The position numbers were made by a program, and so were the translations under genes. The notes below the pieces were generated by a model. The model was not told the DNA's origin and made no database searches. It saw only the letters and a list, made by a program, of their open reading frames with translations. Positions 28,544-37,263 of a stretch of DNA of 64,000 bases are shown piece by piece. Origin of the DNA: Candidatus Parcubacteria bacterium. GTDB taxonomy: Bacteria > Patescibacteriota > Patescibacteriia > Patescibacteriales > UBA12075. The number at the start of each line of letters is the position of its first letter. Positions within the stretch are counted from its first letter, which is position 1. The DNA lies in NCBI GenBank assembly GCA_963814275.1, contig CAWFCE010000002.1, positions 42,537-106,536 on the forward strand. The letters run 5' to 3'.

Positions 28544-30403
28544 TTATAAATTTTCCACTAATGAAAAACTATCATATAGCACGTCAACCAAGCTTTTCCC
28601 ATCCGAAATTATTTTTTCTAAATCTTCTCCAGATATCGGCAATATATAAATTTTATCGTCTTTTAATTTTTTTAACGTCTCCCTACAAGATTGCGGATAT
28701 TTGTTTCCTAAACCAGTAAAACCAGATTTGCTCACAAATACACCATGGCTCCCCGGATTTCTTCCTATTTTAGATGCGAAGCAAGTTATTTCTTTGCTAT
28801 CTGTTTTTTCCAAAGTATTTTTACACTCTACTCTAAAATTTAAACCAAGGTTTGTAATTAATTTATCTTTAGTATGTCTATTTTCAAAAATCCTATCAAT
28901 TTCACCATCAGATGTTTGTTTGTCTTTTTCTATGCAATTTATTCCGTTTAAAGAGGAAAACAAATATTCCGCTAAATCTTCCAGAGACTCCTTTTTTTCC
29001 ACATTGTCTCTGCCATCAGATTGTTTAAATCTATAATATTTTTTTAAAAGTATTGCTCTATCAGGTTTGAAAATATCATCCGGCCTATGTTCTGGTCGGA
29101 TAAATCCGACGACAGAATAATTAATGTTTTCTTTAATTTGCCTAGACAAGCAACTGGGACATTCATCATAATCTTCAATTTTTTCATTGCTAATAAATCC
29201 ACACGTCAAACACCTAATTCCATTATTTTTTTTCAAAAGACCAACACTTATCAACCCCTTTATTAGTTTGTTTGCGGTTTCTTCTTCGCAATTCAAAGCT
29301 ATTTGAATAAAAAATTTTTCCAGTCTTTTTTGTTGGTCTAATGTAATATTTTTTAGAAACTCCTTTGCACATTCTCGCTCATCTTCTGTCAATTTTGTTT
29401 TTATTAATTTTTCATTTATTATTTCATCTGTAATTTCCCTGACTCTTCTTGTTTCACTCTGTTTAGGAAGATTTAAAATAGACAAATCAAGTTCATGCCC
29501 TGCTTTATATGTAAGCACCAATTTTAAAGCACTCAACACAAGAAAACTCTCTTCCTCAGTAATATGTTTAGGGATGTAAAAAGTTCCATCTTCAGAATTC
29601 CCCCTTACCCTCACGCCATTTTGTAAAATAAAAGTTGGGGCTATGTCCTCATAGTTATTTGCATTTACTATTTCAATTATTTTTTTAACATCAGAATTAT
29701 TGTCCGCATCATCTTGCACAGTTGCCATAGATATTTTTAAACTTGCTATACCGCCTGATTTTATTTGTAATGTATTACTATTCTTTACTGCCTTTAAAAT
29801 ATCTTTCATTTTTTGCAAATCTTGATTAGTAAATTTTATTTTTATCTTATCCAATCCTAGATTTTCAGAAATCCAATTTTCAATTATTTCTATTTTCTCT
29901 TTTCTACATCTTATTTCTAATATATTTTCAAGTTCGTGAATCACGATGATTGCAAAAATGGGCGGCGTATATGTAATTGGAGTCCACTCATCCCTGACAA
30001 TTTTACTATCTCCCCTGAAAGCGATATGTATATACAATTTATTTTCTTTTTTTGAAAAAAAAGAAATTTGTGGCTTCTCATTCAATTTTGGTTTTAATTC
30101 TTTTTCCGGAATAATACTTTTGGTTATTTCATGATATAAATCACCGTCTTTCTTTTTTTCTATTTGATAATATATATAGGTTGAGGCCCTTCTTGTGTGA
30201 TTATATTGTTCTGACACAGAAAATATTTCAGCTTCAGAAACACAAGCCATTACTTTCTCTCTAATTAAATTTATATTGCCACCAACTGGTATTCCTTTTG
30301 TTCTAGCAATATTTTTAAAAACCTGAGTGGGTATTTCTCTTATATGCATATACATATTTAAAACGACTATTAATAGGTCATTTATAACAAAATTATACCG
30401 CAA
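28544..30403 (-). CDS. Mrr-like (PD-(D/E)xK) restriction-endonuclease-domain protein with large unknown N-terminal region
   Basis: The C-terminus DGEIDRIFE...FRVECKNTLEKTDSKEITCFASKI...GVFVSKSGFTG matches the Mrr_cat pattern (D...D...ExK...FxTTSxFT). An internal CLTCG...CPSC ribbon is present. The real start is probably ATG at 30355, because TATAAT on the minus strand at 30392-30397 lies inside the longest ORF. Confidence 0.65.
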   Translation of the reverse strand: MRYNFVINDLLIVVLNMYMHIREIPTQVFKNIARTKGIPVGGNINLIREKVMACVSEAEIFSVSEQYNHTRRASTYIYYQIEKKKDGDLYHEITKSIIPEKELKPKLNEKPQISFFSKKENKLYIHIAFRGDSKIVRDEWTPITYTPPIFAIIVIHELENILEIRCRKEKIEIIENWISENLGLDKIKIKFTNQDLQKMKDILKAVKNSNTLQIKSGGIASLKISMATVQDDADNNSDVKKIIEIVNANNYEDIAPTFILQNGVRVRGNSEDGTFYIPKHITEEESFLVLSALKLVLTYKAGHELDLSILNLPKQSETRRVREITDEIINEKLIKTKLTEDERECAKEFLKNITLDQQKRLEKFFIQIALNCEEETANKLIKGLISVGLLKKNNGIRCLTCGFISNEKIEDYDECPSCLSRQIKENINYSVVGFIRPEHRPDDIFKPDRAILLKKYYRFKQSDGRDNVEKKESLEDLAEYLFSSLNGINCIEKDKQTSDGEIDRIFENRHTKDKLITNLGLNFRVECKNTLEKTDSKEITCFASKIGRNPGSHGVFVSKSGFTGLGNKYPQSCRETLKKLKDDKIYILPISGEDLEKIISDGKSLVDVLYDSFSLVENL

Positions 30404-30550
30404 ATATTAGCATTTTGTCTTACTTAAGTCAATTCAATTATTATAATATTAATATTTTTTTATTTAATTTTCCCCTCTTCACAATGAATAAAAAACTTGC
30501 TTTATTAGCAATAAAATGGCATTCTTATATTAGAAATTAAATTTAAATTA

Positions 30551-32710
30551 ATGAGTTATACAGGAAGAAAACTTAATAAATATACCTGGATACCAAAATC
30601 AAAAACAGATTTAAGAGAATATCGTGAAGTGCTAAAAATTTGTCATACAATAGAGAATGAAAATGGATACTTTTCAGATAAAAGTCTTGGCAAAAAAATG
30701 GTGGAGTTACGAGCTATTGTTGACAGAGACAATTCCGCTAAAAGTTATGTAAAAAAATACGACGATAAAAAAATTGCTGACCAATCCTATGTTAGTAATG
30801 CTCGAATGTTAATTCGGATTTTTAGATGGCTGGGTTTTGTAAGTAAAGACTATGATTCAAATGAAAATGGTAAATTTTATTTAACGCCAGAAGGAGAAGA
30901 GTTATTACATTTTACTGGTCCATATCCAGCAATCATTGGTGAACAAAATGAAATGATTAAATTCCAAGAGGCTTTTGCTTCAATGAGATACCATAGCGTA
31001 AATGACGACACAAGATATAGAAACTACTATTTCAGGCAACGTGTGTTTTTCAATCTGATTCGCTTTTTAAAAATTTTTGATTACGCAACACATTATGAGC
31101 TAGCTCTTTCAGCACTTGTTTTGAAAGACGAAAGTAAAAATGAAATTAAATCAAAGAGGGACAAAATTTTAGAATGTCGCTCTGGCGGAAAAAACATCAG
31201 ATGGTTGATGGAAATATATGAAATGAATTGCGAAAACAAAAGCACTGTAACAGGTATTTATGACGGCCCAAAAGTGCTATTGTCTTTTGCGAGACAACTT
31301 GGATTAGTAGCTGAAATAAATTTAAAAGATTGTGATAAGAACATTATTAAAATGTATAAAAAAATGTATAAAAATAGTGGGGTTATCTCAGAAAAAAGCA
31401 TTAAAAAAATAAATCAAATCACACCCCTTGGTGAACAATTTGTTAATGAATATAAAAACAAAAATCTTTTATGGTATGAAAATTTACCGTCTGATAAAAA
31501 TCTCTTTTCAACATTTCTAATCTTATCAAAAAAGGGAATTGAAAAATCGGTAGCTAGTACACTCAAAATTAATTTAAAAAAAATTGAGCATCTTTTTGAG
31601 GAAAACAGCGGTAAATTATTTTTAAAAAAAGATGTAGATTTTAATCTATACAGAGACATTCCTTATGAAAACCGGAAACAAGTTATAGAAACTATAAAAT
31701 CAATTAACCCAAACTTTTTCAAACAAAAAGAAAAAGAAATCGTTATGCAAAAAATATTTAATCCAAACGAATACCCATTAAAAAGATGCATTGATTGTCA
31801 CCAGGGTTCTTGCGCATATTATAGAGAAAATATGGATGCACTTGGTGGGAAAGACAGATTTCCTACGAGAGTTTGTCCAGAAAATTTACTAACCTATAAT
31901 ATGGATGGGGAATTAGAAATTAACTCAAATGATTGTGTCGGATGCGGCCTCTGTTTAATAAATTGTAATTTTGACGGATTGAGCATTAATGAAAATAACC
32001 AGGTGATAAAAAATAAAAATACTACTGATGAATGTCTTGAGGTAACAATTGATGATAAAGAAAAAATTACAAAAAAACTCGAAGAAAAATATTTAAATCA
32101 CACAATAAGCTCATTGCCACCTAAAATAAAAAAACAGGACATGCCTAGTCTTGTTAAAAATTTTATATCTAAAATAGATAAGCCCGGAAAGAAGTGGGAC
32201 AAAGATAAATGTTATACCTATGTTAGAAATGTTTTTAAACTTTTTGATGTTAATGCTATATACTCTGGTTCGGGAGGAATGAAAACTCGCTCCGATGTTA
32301 CGATTGAATCGCCATTCATTGCCGTTAGCGAAGTAAAAAGTCCCGCTGAATCTCCAATTAATCTAAAAGCCGTAAGACAAGCTTTTCATGCAGCAATCCA
32401 AGCTAAAACTCAATTAACAATGGCCATTGGCCTCGAAACGCATAAAGGAGCTATTGAAGAAGAAGAAAAATTTAAAGAAGCCACGGGCATTGGTATCCTA
32501 CTACTCGAAATCAAATATCTCGCATTACTTGTGTACCTAAATCAATTCATTCAATATACACCAGATTCATTATTAAGATTAATAAAAAATTTTGGCAATC
32601 ATTTTAAACCAGAAAACTTCATTGATTATCTCAATAATGAAATAAAGCTTTGTAAAAATAAAATTACAACAGAAGAGATAAAAAAAATTGTTACTGACTC
32701 TTTTCAATAG
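30551..32710 (+). CDS. putative Type II(S) restriction endonuclease (AlwI-family-like) with embedded 2x[4Fe-4S] ferredoxin-type motif
   Basis: The gene is convergent with, and overlaps, two methyltransferase genes. The C-terminal SDVTIESPFIAVSEVKSP is a D...ExK motif. The N-terminal ARMLIRIFRWLGFV...YLTPEGEELL resembles AlwI/BstNBI-type recognition domains (from memory). Cys motifs are CIDCHQGSC...VCP and CVGCGLCLINC. Confidence 0.5.
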   Translation: MSYTGRKLNKYTWIPKSKTDLREYREVLKICHTIENENGYFSDKSLGKKMVELRAIVDRDNSAKSYVKKYDDKKIADQSYVSNARMLIRIFRWLGFVSKDYDSNENGKFYLTPEGEELLHFTGPYPAIIGEQNEMIKFQEAFASMRYHSVNDDTRYRNYYFRQRVFFNLIRFLKIFDYATHYELALSALVLKDESKNEIKSKRDKILECRSGGKNIRWLMEIYEMNCENKSTVTGIYDGPKVLLSFARQLGLVAEINLKDCDKNIIKMYKKMYKNSGVISEKSIKKINQITPLGEQFVNEYKNKNLLWYENLPSDKNLFSTFLILSKKGIEKSVASTLKINLKKIEHLFEENSGKLFLKKDVDFNLYRDIPYENRKQVIETIKSINPNFFKQKEKEIVMQKIFNPNEYPLKRCIDCHQGSCAYYRENMDALGGKDRFPTRVCPENLLTYNMDGELEINSNDCVGCGLCLINCNFDGLSINENNQVIKNKNTTDECLEVTIDDKEKITKKLEEKYLNHTISSLPPKIKKQDMPSLVKNFISKIDKPGKKWDKDKCYTYVRNVFKLFDVNAIYSGSGGMKTRSDVTIESPFIAVSEVKSPAESPINLKAVRQAFHAAIQAKTQLTMAIGLETHKGAIEEEEKFKEATGIGILLLEIKYLALLVYLNQFIQYTPDSLLRLIKNFGNHFKPENFIDYLNNEIKLCKNKITTEEIKKIVTDSFQ

Positions 32711-33461
32711 CTTTCTTCAACCTTTTTCGCGACATTTTTACATAATCATCATTTACTTCTATTCCTATAAAATTTCTTTTGTTTGTTAAAGCGCTCACCA
32801 CCTCACTTCCGGACCCTGAAAAAGGGACCAAGATTAAATCACCCTCATTAGAAAAATGATTTATTATTTTATCGCAAATAGCGAGGGGTTTTTGTGTTGG
32901 GTGATTAACTTTTTCTTTTTGATAATTTTTGCCTGCTAATGTAGGTATTCTCCAAATATCTCCTCCATGTTTACCTTTCGGATTAGGTGTCCAAGATTTG
33001 CCGTTCTTATTGATTTTATATTTTAATCTTTCAGTACTTTTATATGGCTCTCTTATAGTATGGTACGTGTAGTTTTTACTTTTAGTAAACCACAACAATG
33101 GTTCATAAGTCGAAGAAGGTGACCTACTATATTTTGACCAACCATTCTCGTAATTCCAAATAAATAGCCGACCGTAATTCATATTTATTTCATACAAGTA
33201 ACACTGCATATAACAAATATAATGATGTATGCCGTATACAAACAATGAACCACTCGGCTTCAAAACTCTTTTTGATTCATATAACCATTTCTTACTCCAA
33301 TCATACCAGTCCGAGACAGTATTCCATTTATCACTATCGTTTCCAAAATCTTTATTTAAGTTGTATGGAGGGTCAATAATTATTAAATCAACTGAATCAT
33401 CTTCAATTTTTTTAAATAAATTTAGACAATCGCCTTTATAAATTTTATTTGTGTTTAACAT
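32691..33461 (-). CDS. DNA methyltransferase, N6-adenine/N4-cytosine family (beta-class order)
   Basis: IIDPPYN (motif IV) is near the N-terminus. HPTQKPLAI...LVPFSGSGSE (AdoMet motif I) is near the C-terminus. Confidence 0.9.
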   Translation of the reverse strand: MLNTNKIYKGDCLNLFKKIEDDSVDLIIIDPPYNLNKDFGNDSDKWNTVSDWYDWSKKWLYESKRVLKPSGSLFVYGIHHYICYMQCYLYEINMNYGRLFIWNYENGWSKYSRSPSSTYEPLLWFTKSKNYTYHTIREPYKSTERLKYKINKNGKSWTPNPKGKHGGDIWRIPTLAGKNYQKEKVNHPTQKPLAICDKIINHFSNEGDLILVPFSGSGSEVVSALTNKRNFIGIEVNDDYVKMSRKRLKKAIEKSQ

Positions 33462-34332
33462 TTTGCAAAATTAAAATATATTGATGATGAATATTTGGCA
33501 CATAGGCAAATGGGTATCCATAAGGGAAAACCTTCTTCCTACTTTGATATAAAACTGTAATTCCTTTTAATTCATAGTTGCCTTTCTCCTCTAAATAATT
33601 TGATAAATCAGTATGAAATGTATAAAATTTGCTTTTATGTCTAAAATCACTCACAACAATACATAAATATTTTTCTGGCTTTAACACAACGGAACAATCA
33701 TCAAAAAAATCTCCCAATACCTGAATGAATTTTTTGTAATCTCCTATATTAGCTAAGTCCTTTTTATTATTACTATATTTTGTATCTAATTTCTTTTCCA
33801 CTCTTTCTTGTTTCGCTTTGTGGTCAATCTTATTCAAGATATTCCAATACGGAGGCGAAGTGACTATAAAATCAAAAAAATTATCTTCATAGGTTTTTAT
33901 CTTCTCTAGAGCATCTCCATACACCACCTCTTGTTTTAAGTAATTTACATTTTTCTCATCTACTTCATTTTTCAACCTCTTGTCAGTTAAATTACAGTAC
34001 TTTTTCATCAATTCAATTCCAACACCTTTTCTGCCGCTCAATGCACAGGCTTTCAAAGTTGAACCTACACCCAAAAATGGGTCCAAAACTTTTTGGCCCT
34101 TTTTTGTAAAGAAATTAATCAAGCGTTGTACGTCCTGATATGAATATGGAGCTGGATGCATTTTTTCTATTTTTGCATCTTCATGTTTTGCTCCCAAGCC
34201 CTTCTGAACAAAAACGGATATAGTTTCAGGTATCCATTCTTTTGCGGTTAGGTTATTCAGTTTATTTCTTTTATCATATTTACCCTTAGATTCTTTTATT
34301 TTCCCCTCCTTATTTTCTTTTTCTTTTTTCAT
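33445..34332 (-). CDS. DNA methyltransferase, N4/N6 family with permuted motif order (SPPY type)
   Basis: HPAPYSYQ...VLDPFLGVGST (motif I) precedes IVTSPPYWN (motif IV). SPPY is typical of N4-cytosine enzymes, but specificity is not established. Confidence 0.85.
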   Translation of the reverse strand: MKKEKENKEGKIKESKGKYDKRNKLNNLTAKEWIPETISVFVQKGLGAKHEDAKIEKMHPAPYSYQDVQRLINFFTKKGQKVLDPFLGVGSTLKACALSGRKGVGIELMKKYCNLTDKRLKNEVDEKNVNYLKQEVVYGDALEKIKTYEDNFFDFIVTSPPYWNILNKIDHKAKQERVEKKLDTKYSNNKKDLANIGDYKKFIQVLGDFFDDCSVVLKPEKYLCIVVSDFRHKSKFYTFHTDLSNYLEEKGNYELKGITVLYQSRKKVFPYGYPFAYVPNIHHQYILILQNVKHK

Positions 34333-34387
34333 ATTTTAATAATTTACATTTTAATAATCGCACAAAAATCTAATTATATCAATTTAA

Positions 34388-34409
34388 AAGGGACAAACAA
34401 TTGTCCCTT
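34388..34409 (-). terminator. hairpin downstream of the short recombinase gene
   Basis: aagggacaa / ttgtccctt with loop acaa. The U-tract is weak. Confidence 0.35.
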
Positions 34410-34438
34410 GTTGTATCAATAATATAACAAAAATTACC

Positions 34439-35203
34439 CTAAATTGCAAAAACATTTAATTCAATATTTTTATTATTTATACCTTTATATTTAGTTTTCC
34501 CTTTGTATATACGATTATTAATAATATATCTCACAGTGCCTGCGTGCCATTTACCACCCCTCGCAGTTTTTATATTTAAACGATTCAATTCTTTCACAAT
34601 TTCTCTTAAACTCATTTTTCTTCTTAATTGAAATATAAATCTTACTACTTCTGCTTGCGATTTATTAACCAGCAACTTCTTATCCTTAGAAACATATCCA
34701 TAAGCCGGGCTACCGCCAGCATAGCCACCTTTTTCAGCTTTCTTGATTCTTCCATTCATCATTCGCATTGTTATTAATCCTTTTTCATATTGCGCCACTG
34801 CTGAAAGCATTTGCCTGAATAGCACCCTCGTAATATCTTTACTATCTAAATCCGGTTCTTTAATTGAAATTATTTGTTTGCCTTTTCTCTCCTGTAAATC
34901 ATAAATAATATTTTCTTGAATTCTTAAATCTCTTGCAAGTCTGTCGAGTTTGTATATTATTATTCCATCAACGTTTTGATTTACCTCAATGTAATTAAAC
35001 ATTTCCGACATTCCTTTTCTATCGTGCCATTCAAGACTGCCACTTACTCCATCATCCTTAAATGTTTCTATCAATCTTATATTATTCTTGTCTGCATAAG
35101 ATTTTAAATCTTCAACTTGATGATTTATGGTTCCTTCCTCTTTTTGATTTTCAGTTGATGTACGGCAATAGCCAATTAAATTTAATCGCTTCACTTTATC
35201 CAT
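34439..35203 (-). CDS. short serine recombinase (resolvase domain + recombinase domain, no zinc-ribbon or coiled coil)
   Basis: LIGYCRTSTENQ carries the catalytic Ser, with ...YKLDRLARD. The recombinase-domain region reads GGSPAYGYV...VRFIFQL...LNRLNIKTARGGKWHAGTVRYIINNRIYKG. The protein ends where large serine recombinases continue. Confidence 0.8.
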   Translation of the reverse strand: MDKVKRLNLIGYCRTSTENQKEEGTINHQVEDLKSYADKNNIRLIETFKDDGVSGSLEWHDRKGMSEMFNYIEVNQNVDGIIIYKLDRLARDLRIQENIIYDLQERKGKQIISIKEPDLDSKDITRVLFRQMLSAVAQYEKGLITMRMMNGRIKKAEKGGYAGGSPAYGYVSKDKKLLVNKSQAEVVRFIFQLRRKMSLREIVKELNRLNIKTARGGKWHAGTVRYIINNRIYKGKTKYKGINNKNIELNVFAI

Positions 35204-35516
35204 AGAGGTATTTGATTATGTTTTTAAATTTTGTCGGTTCAAAATACAAATCTCTCTCAATGCCAAGCCCGAAGCTACCAACAAAGCTTTCAAGCTCATA
35301 CAAACTGAATGAACCCCATTCATCATTATGGTCGCCGAAAATTGACACATAGCCATAGAATATTTTACTTTCCTCATCATATTCTGTGGCGAACCAAGTC
35401 CCCTGACCTTGCGGATTAAAAAATTTACAGACAACAATAGGATTATCATTGTCTGATTGTGAGCCAATTTTTTTGAATTGTTTAATTAGCTCTGGAGTTA
35501 ATAGTTTCATAAGCAA
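35196..35516 (-). CDS. DUF2958-like protein
   Basis: KFFNPQGQGTWFATEYDEE...FYGYVSIFG...EWGSFSLYELE matches the remembered DUF2958 pattern seen on plasmids and ICEs. It overlaps the recombinase start by 8 nt. Confidence 0.6.
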   Translation of the reverse strand: MLMKLLTPELIKQFKKIGSQSDNDNPIVVCKFFNPQGQGTWFATEYDEESKIFYGYVSIFGDHNDEWGSFSLYELESFVGSFGLGIERDLYFEPTKFKNIIKYLYG

Positions 35517-35570
35517 AACTAAAAGTGAGCCGGTTATCGGCTCACTTTTTGAATTAGTTTATTTAAATAA

Positions 35571-36020
35571 TTATTTGGTTTTATTTTTTTCAATTTCATT
35601 TTTTATATCTTGTTTAATTCTTCCAAAAAATGAATTCTTTTTTCTTTCTTCCTTTTCGATTCTCTTTCTCTTCTGCTCTTCATATTTAATAAATTTTTTT
35701 ATAACGTCCTTTGCCCACCACTTATCAGTTTTAATTGGCAGGTCATTTTTTATAAATATTTTTGCTGTCTTGATTTTTTTATTCCCTGAAAAACCACCCA
35801 ACGCTTTAAATTCATATTCTTGATGCAATAATAAATATTGTTGATTTTTATTATACTCGGCTATTTTACATAAAGGAAAAAACTCTTTTAAATAGCTTTC
35901 AAATTTTTGAATACCGGCAGGATAAATATTATTATCATTTAAAAACTCACCGCAATGTTTACATTTTATTGCTTCAATTTTTATTTCTTCTGCACAGTAT
36001 GGGCATTTTTTTGTATCCAT
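35571..36020 (-). CDS. zinc-ribbon domain protein with Lys/Glu-rich tail
   Basis: The N-terminus is KKCPYCAEEIKIEAIKCKHCGEFL. Confidence 0.6.
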   Translation of the reverse strand: MDTKKCPYCAEEIKIEAIKCKHCGEFLNDNNIYPAGIQKFESYLKEFFPLCKIAEYNKNQQYLLLHQEYEFKALGGFSGNKKIKTAKIFIKNDLPIKTDKWWAKDVIKKFIKYEEQKRKRIEKEERKKNSFFGRIKQDIKNEIEKNKTK

Positions 36021-36030
36021 ATGATTTTAA

Positions 36031-36050
36031 ACCTAAAATGTATTTTAGGT
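36031..36050. promoter_or_regulatory. 20-bp palindrome ACCTAAAATGTATTTTAGGT (operator-like), copy 1
   Basis: 9-bp arms with a 2-bp centre, 10 bp upstream of the 35571..36020 start codon. An identical copy lies at 40317-40336. Confidence 0.55.
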
Positions 36051-36065
36051 CTGTTATTATTTTCC

Positions 36066-36185
36066 AACAAAAAGGACCGCCTGTCGGCGATTCCTTTGCA
36101 GGAATCCATCACCCTTTCGGATGACGGCCACGTGAATAGCTCCGACTCGACGGTCGTCTTTATTCACGTGGACTTTCGACCATAT
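36066..36185 (-). ncRNA. candidate structured RNA / 3'-UTR element (GC-rich, unclassified)
   Basis: An 11-bp perfect stem (36128-36138 / 36161-36171). In minus-sense RNA there is a 9-bp stem capped by GAAA, a C-GAAA-G hairpin, a 6-bp stem (gauucc/ggaauc), and a terminal CGCC-GACA-GGCG hairpin followed by UCCUUUUU. G-U pairs favour the minus strand. Confidence 0.4.
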
Positions 36186-36365
36186 CCTTAACAATTTGCC
36201 AAGGGGTTAGGTCTTAATTTAATTGTTTTATATTTTATAGAGCTATTATACCATTTACAAGCTAAAATTCAACCATATTTTCAGTTGTGTGACGTGTTTG
36301 TCGTATAAATTGATATTATTACATTTTATGGTTAAAAATTTCATACAATGCGTTTTATGGATAAT

Positions 36366-37229
36366 TCAATAAATATCGTAATCTAAAGCCATATCAATAA
36401 AATTTTTTAACTGCTTCCTGCTGTTAATTTCAGTATTCTGATAGTCTAAGATTATAAAATTATTTTTTAGCCTGTCTTTGTTTTCCTTTTTTTTAATTTT
36501 TTTAATCTCTTCAAAATATGATATTGACTTATCTTTTCTGAACACAATGGGACCCTCTGTTATTGCACAACTTGCATAGCTGAAGTAACTTTGCGAATTT
36601 ATATCTCGCGGTAGTTTTTTTATCAATATTTTTTTTCTACTCGCATTGTACCTGATAAGATTAAATATCACATCTCTTGAATTATTACAATCCTCAAATG
36701 ACATTGGTTCATTATCAAAATAATCTTGATGAAGCCATATCTCGTGAAATCCAGGCTTTATTGCAATCAATTCGGCGTAGATACTGAAATAGTTTTTTAT
36801 ATCAAGCTTTCTCAAGCTTTTTAGAATTATAAAGAGACGCTTTCGCGCCTCTGAAAATTTTGCTCTCTTTTTTGCCTCAAGACTAAAGCCCTGGCTTTCC
36901 CAAAAATAATCATTCGGCTTTCTGTGTTTTGTTCCTCCCTGATATACATTCAAGGAGGCCATCGACTGGTAAGCACGATTTTTTGTTGCTCGCAAAAAAA
37001 ATCGCGGGGCAATGGCCATCCTTGAATTGAATATACATTTTAAATATTCTAGTCTACAAAAATTAAATACTCTCTCCAACTCCTCAATTAAATAATTAAT
37101 ATTTTTAAAATCAAAAACGACCCCTTGAGGGTCGGCAGGTGATAATTGGTATTTTGACGTTCTATAATTGTATTTTTGTATATAATCATTCATATATACA
37201 ATTATATAGGATATTGGTATATTTGTCAA
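36366..37229 (-). CDS. hypothetical protein (287 aa), last gene of five-gene operon
   Basis: ORF with island-like composition, 34 nt downstream of the preceding gene. No motif recognised. Confidence 0.6.
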   Translation of the reverse strand: MTNIPISYIIVYMNDYIQKYNYRTSKYQLSPADPQGVVFDFKNINYLIEELERVFNFCRLEYLKCIFNSRMAIAPRFFLRATKNRAYQSMASLNVYQGGTKHRKPNDYFWESQGFSLEAKKRAKFSEARKRLFIILKSLRKLDIKNYFSIYAELIAIKPGFHEIWLHQDYFDNEPMSFEDCNNSRDVIFNLIRYNASRKKILIKKLPRDINSQSYFSYASCAITEGPIVFRKDKSISYFEEIKKIKKKENKDRLKNNFIILDYQNTEINSRKQLKNFIDMALDYDIY

Positions 37230-37263
37230 ATTTTAATGCTAATATTAGTAAATATTATTTAAT

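Noticed and set aside
30404-30550. Short palindrome TTGCTttattAGCAA in the divergent promoter region, considered as a C-protein operator of the R-M system.
   Set aside because: The arms are only 5 bp in very AT-rich DNA, and no controller (C) protein gene is present. This is too weak to call.
35216-35467. 83-aa alternative-frame ORF inside the DUF2958-like gene, and the plus-strand ORF 35449..35823.
   Set aside because: They overlap genes with recognisable motifs and have no features of their own.
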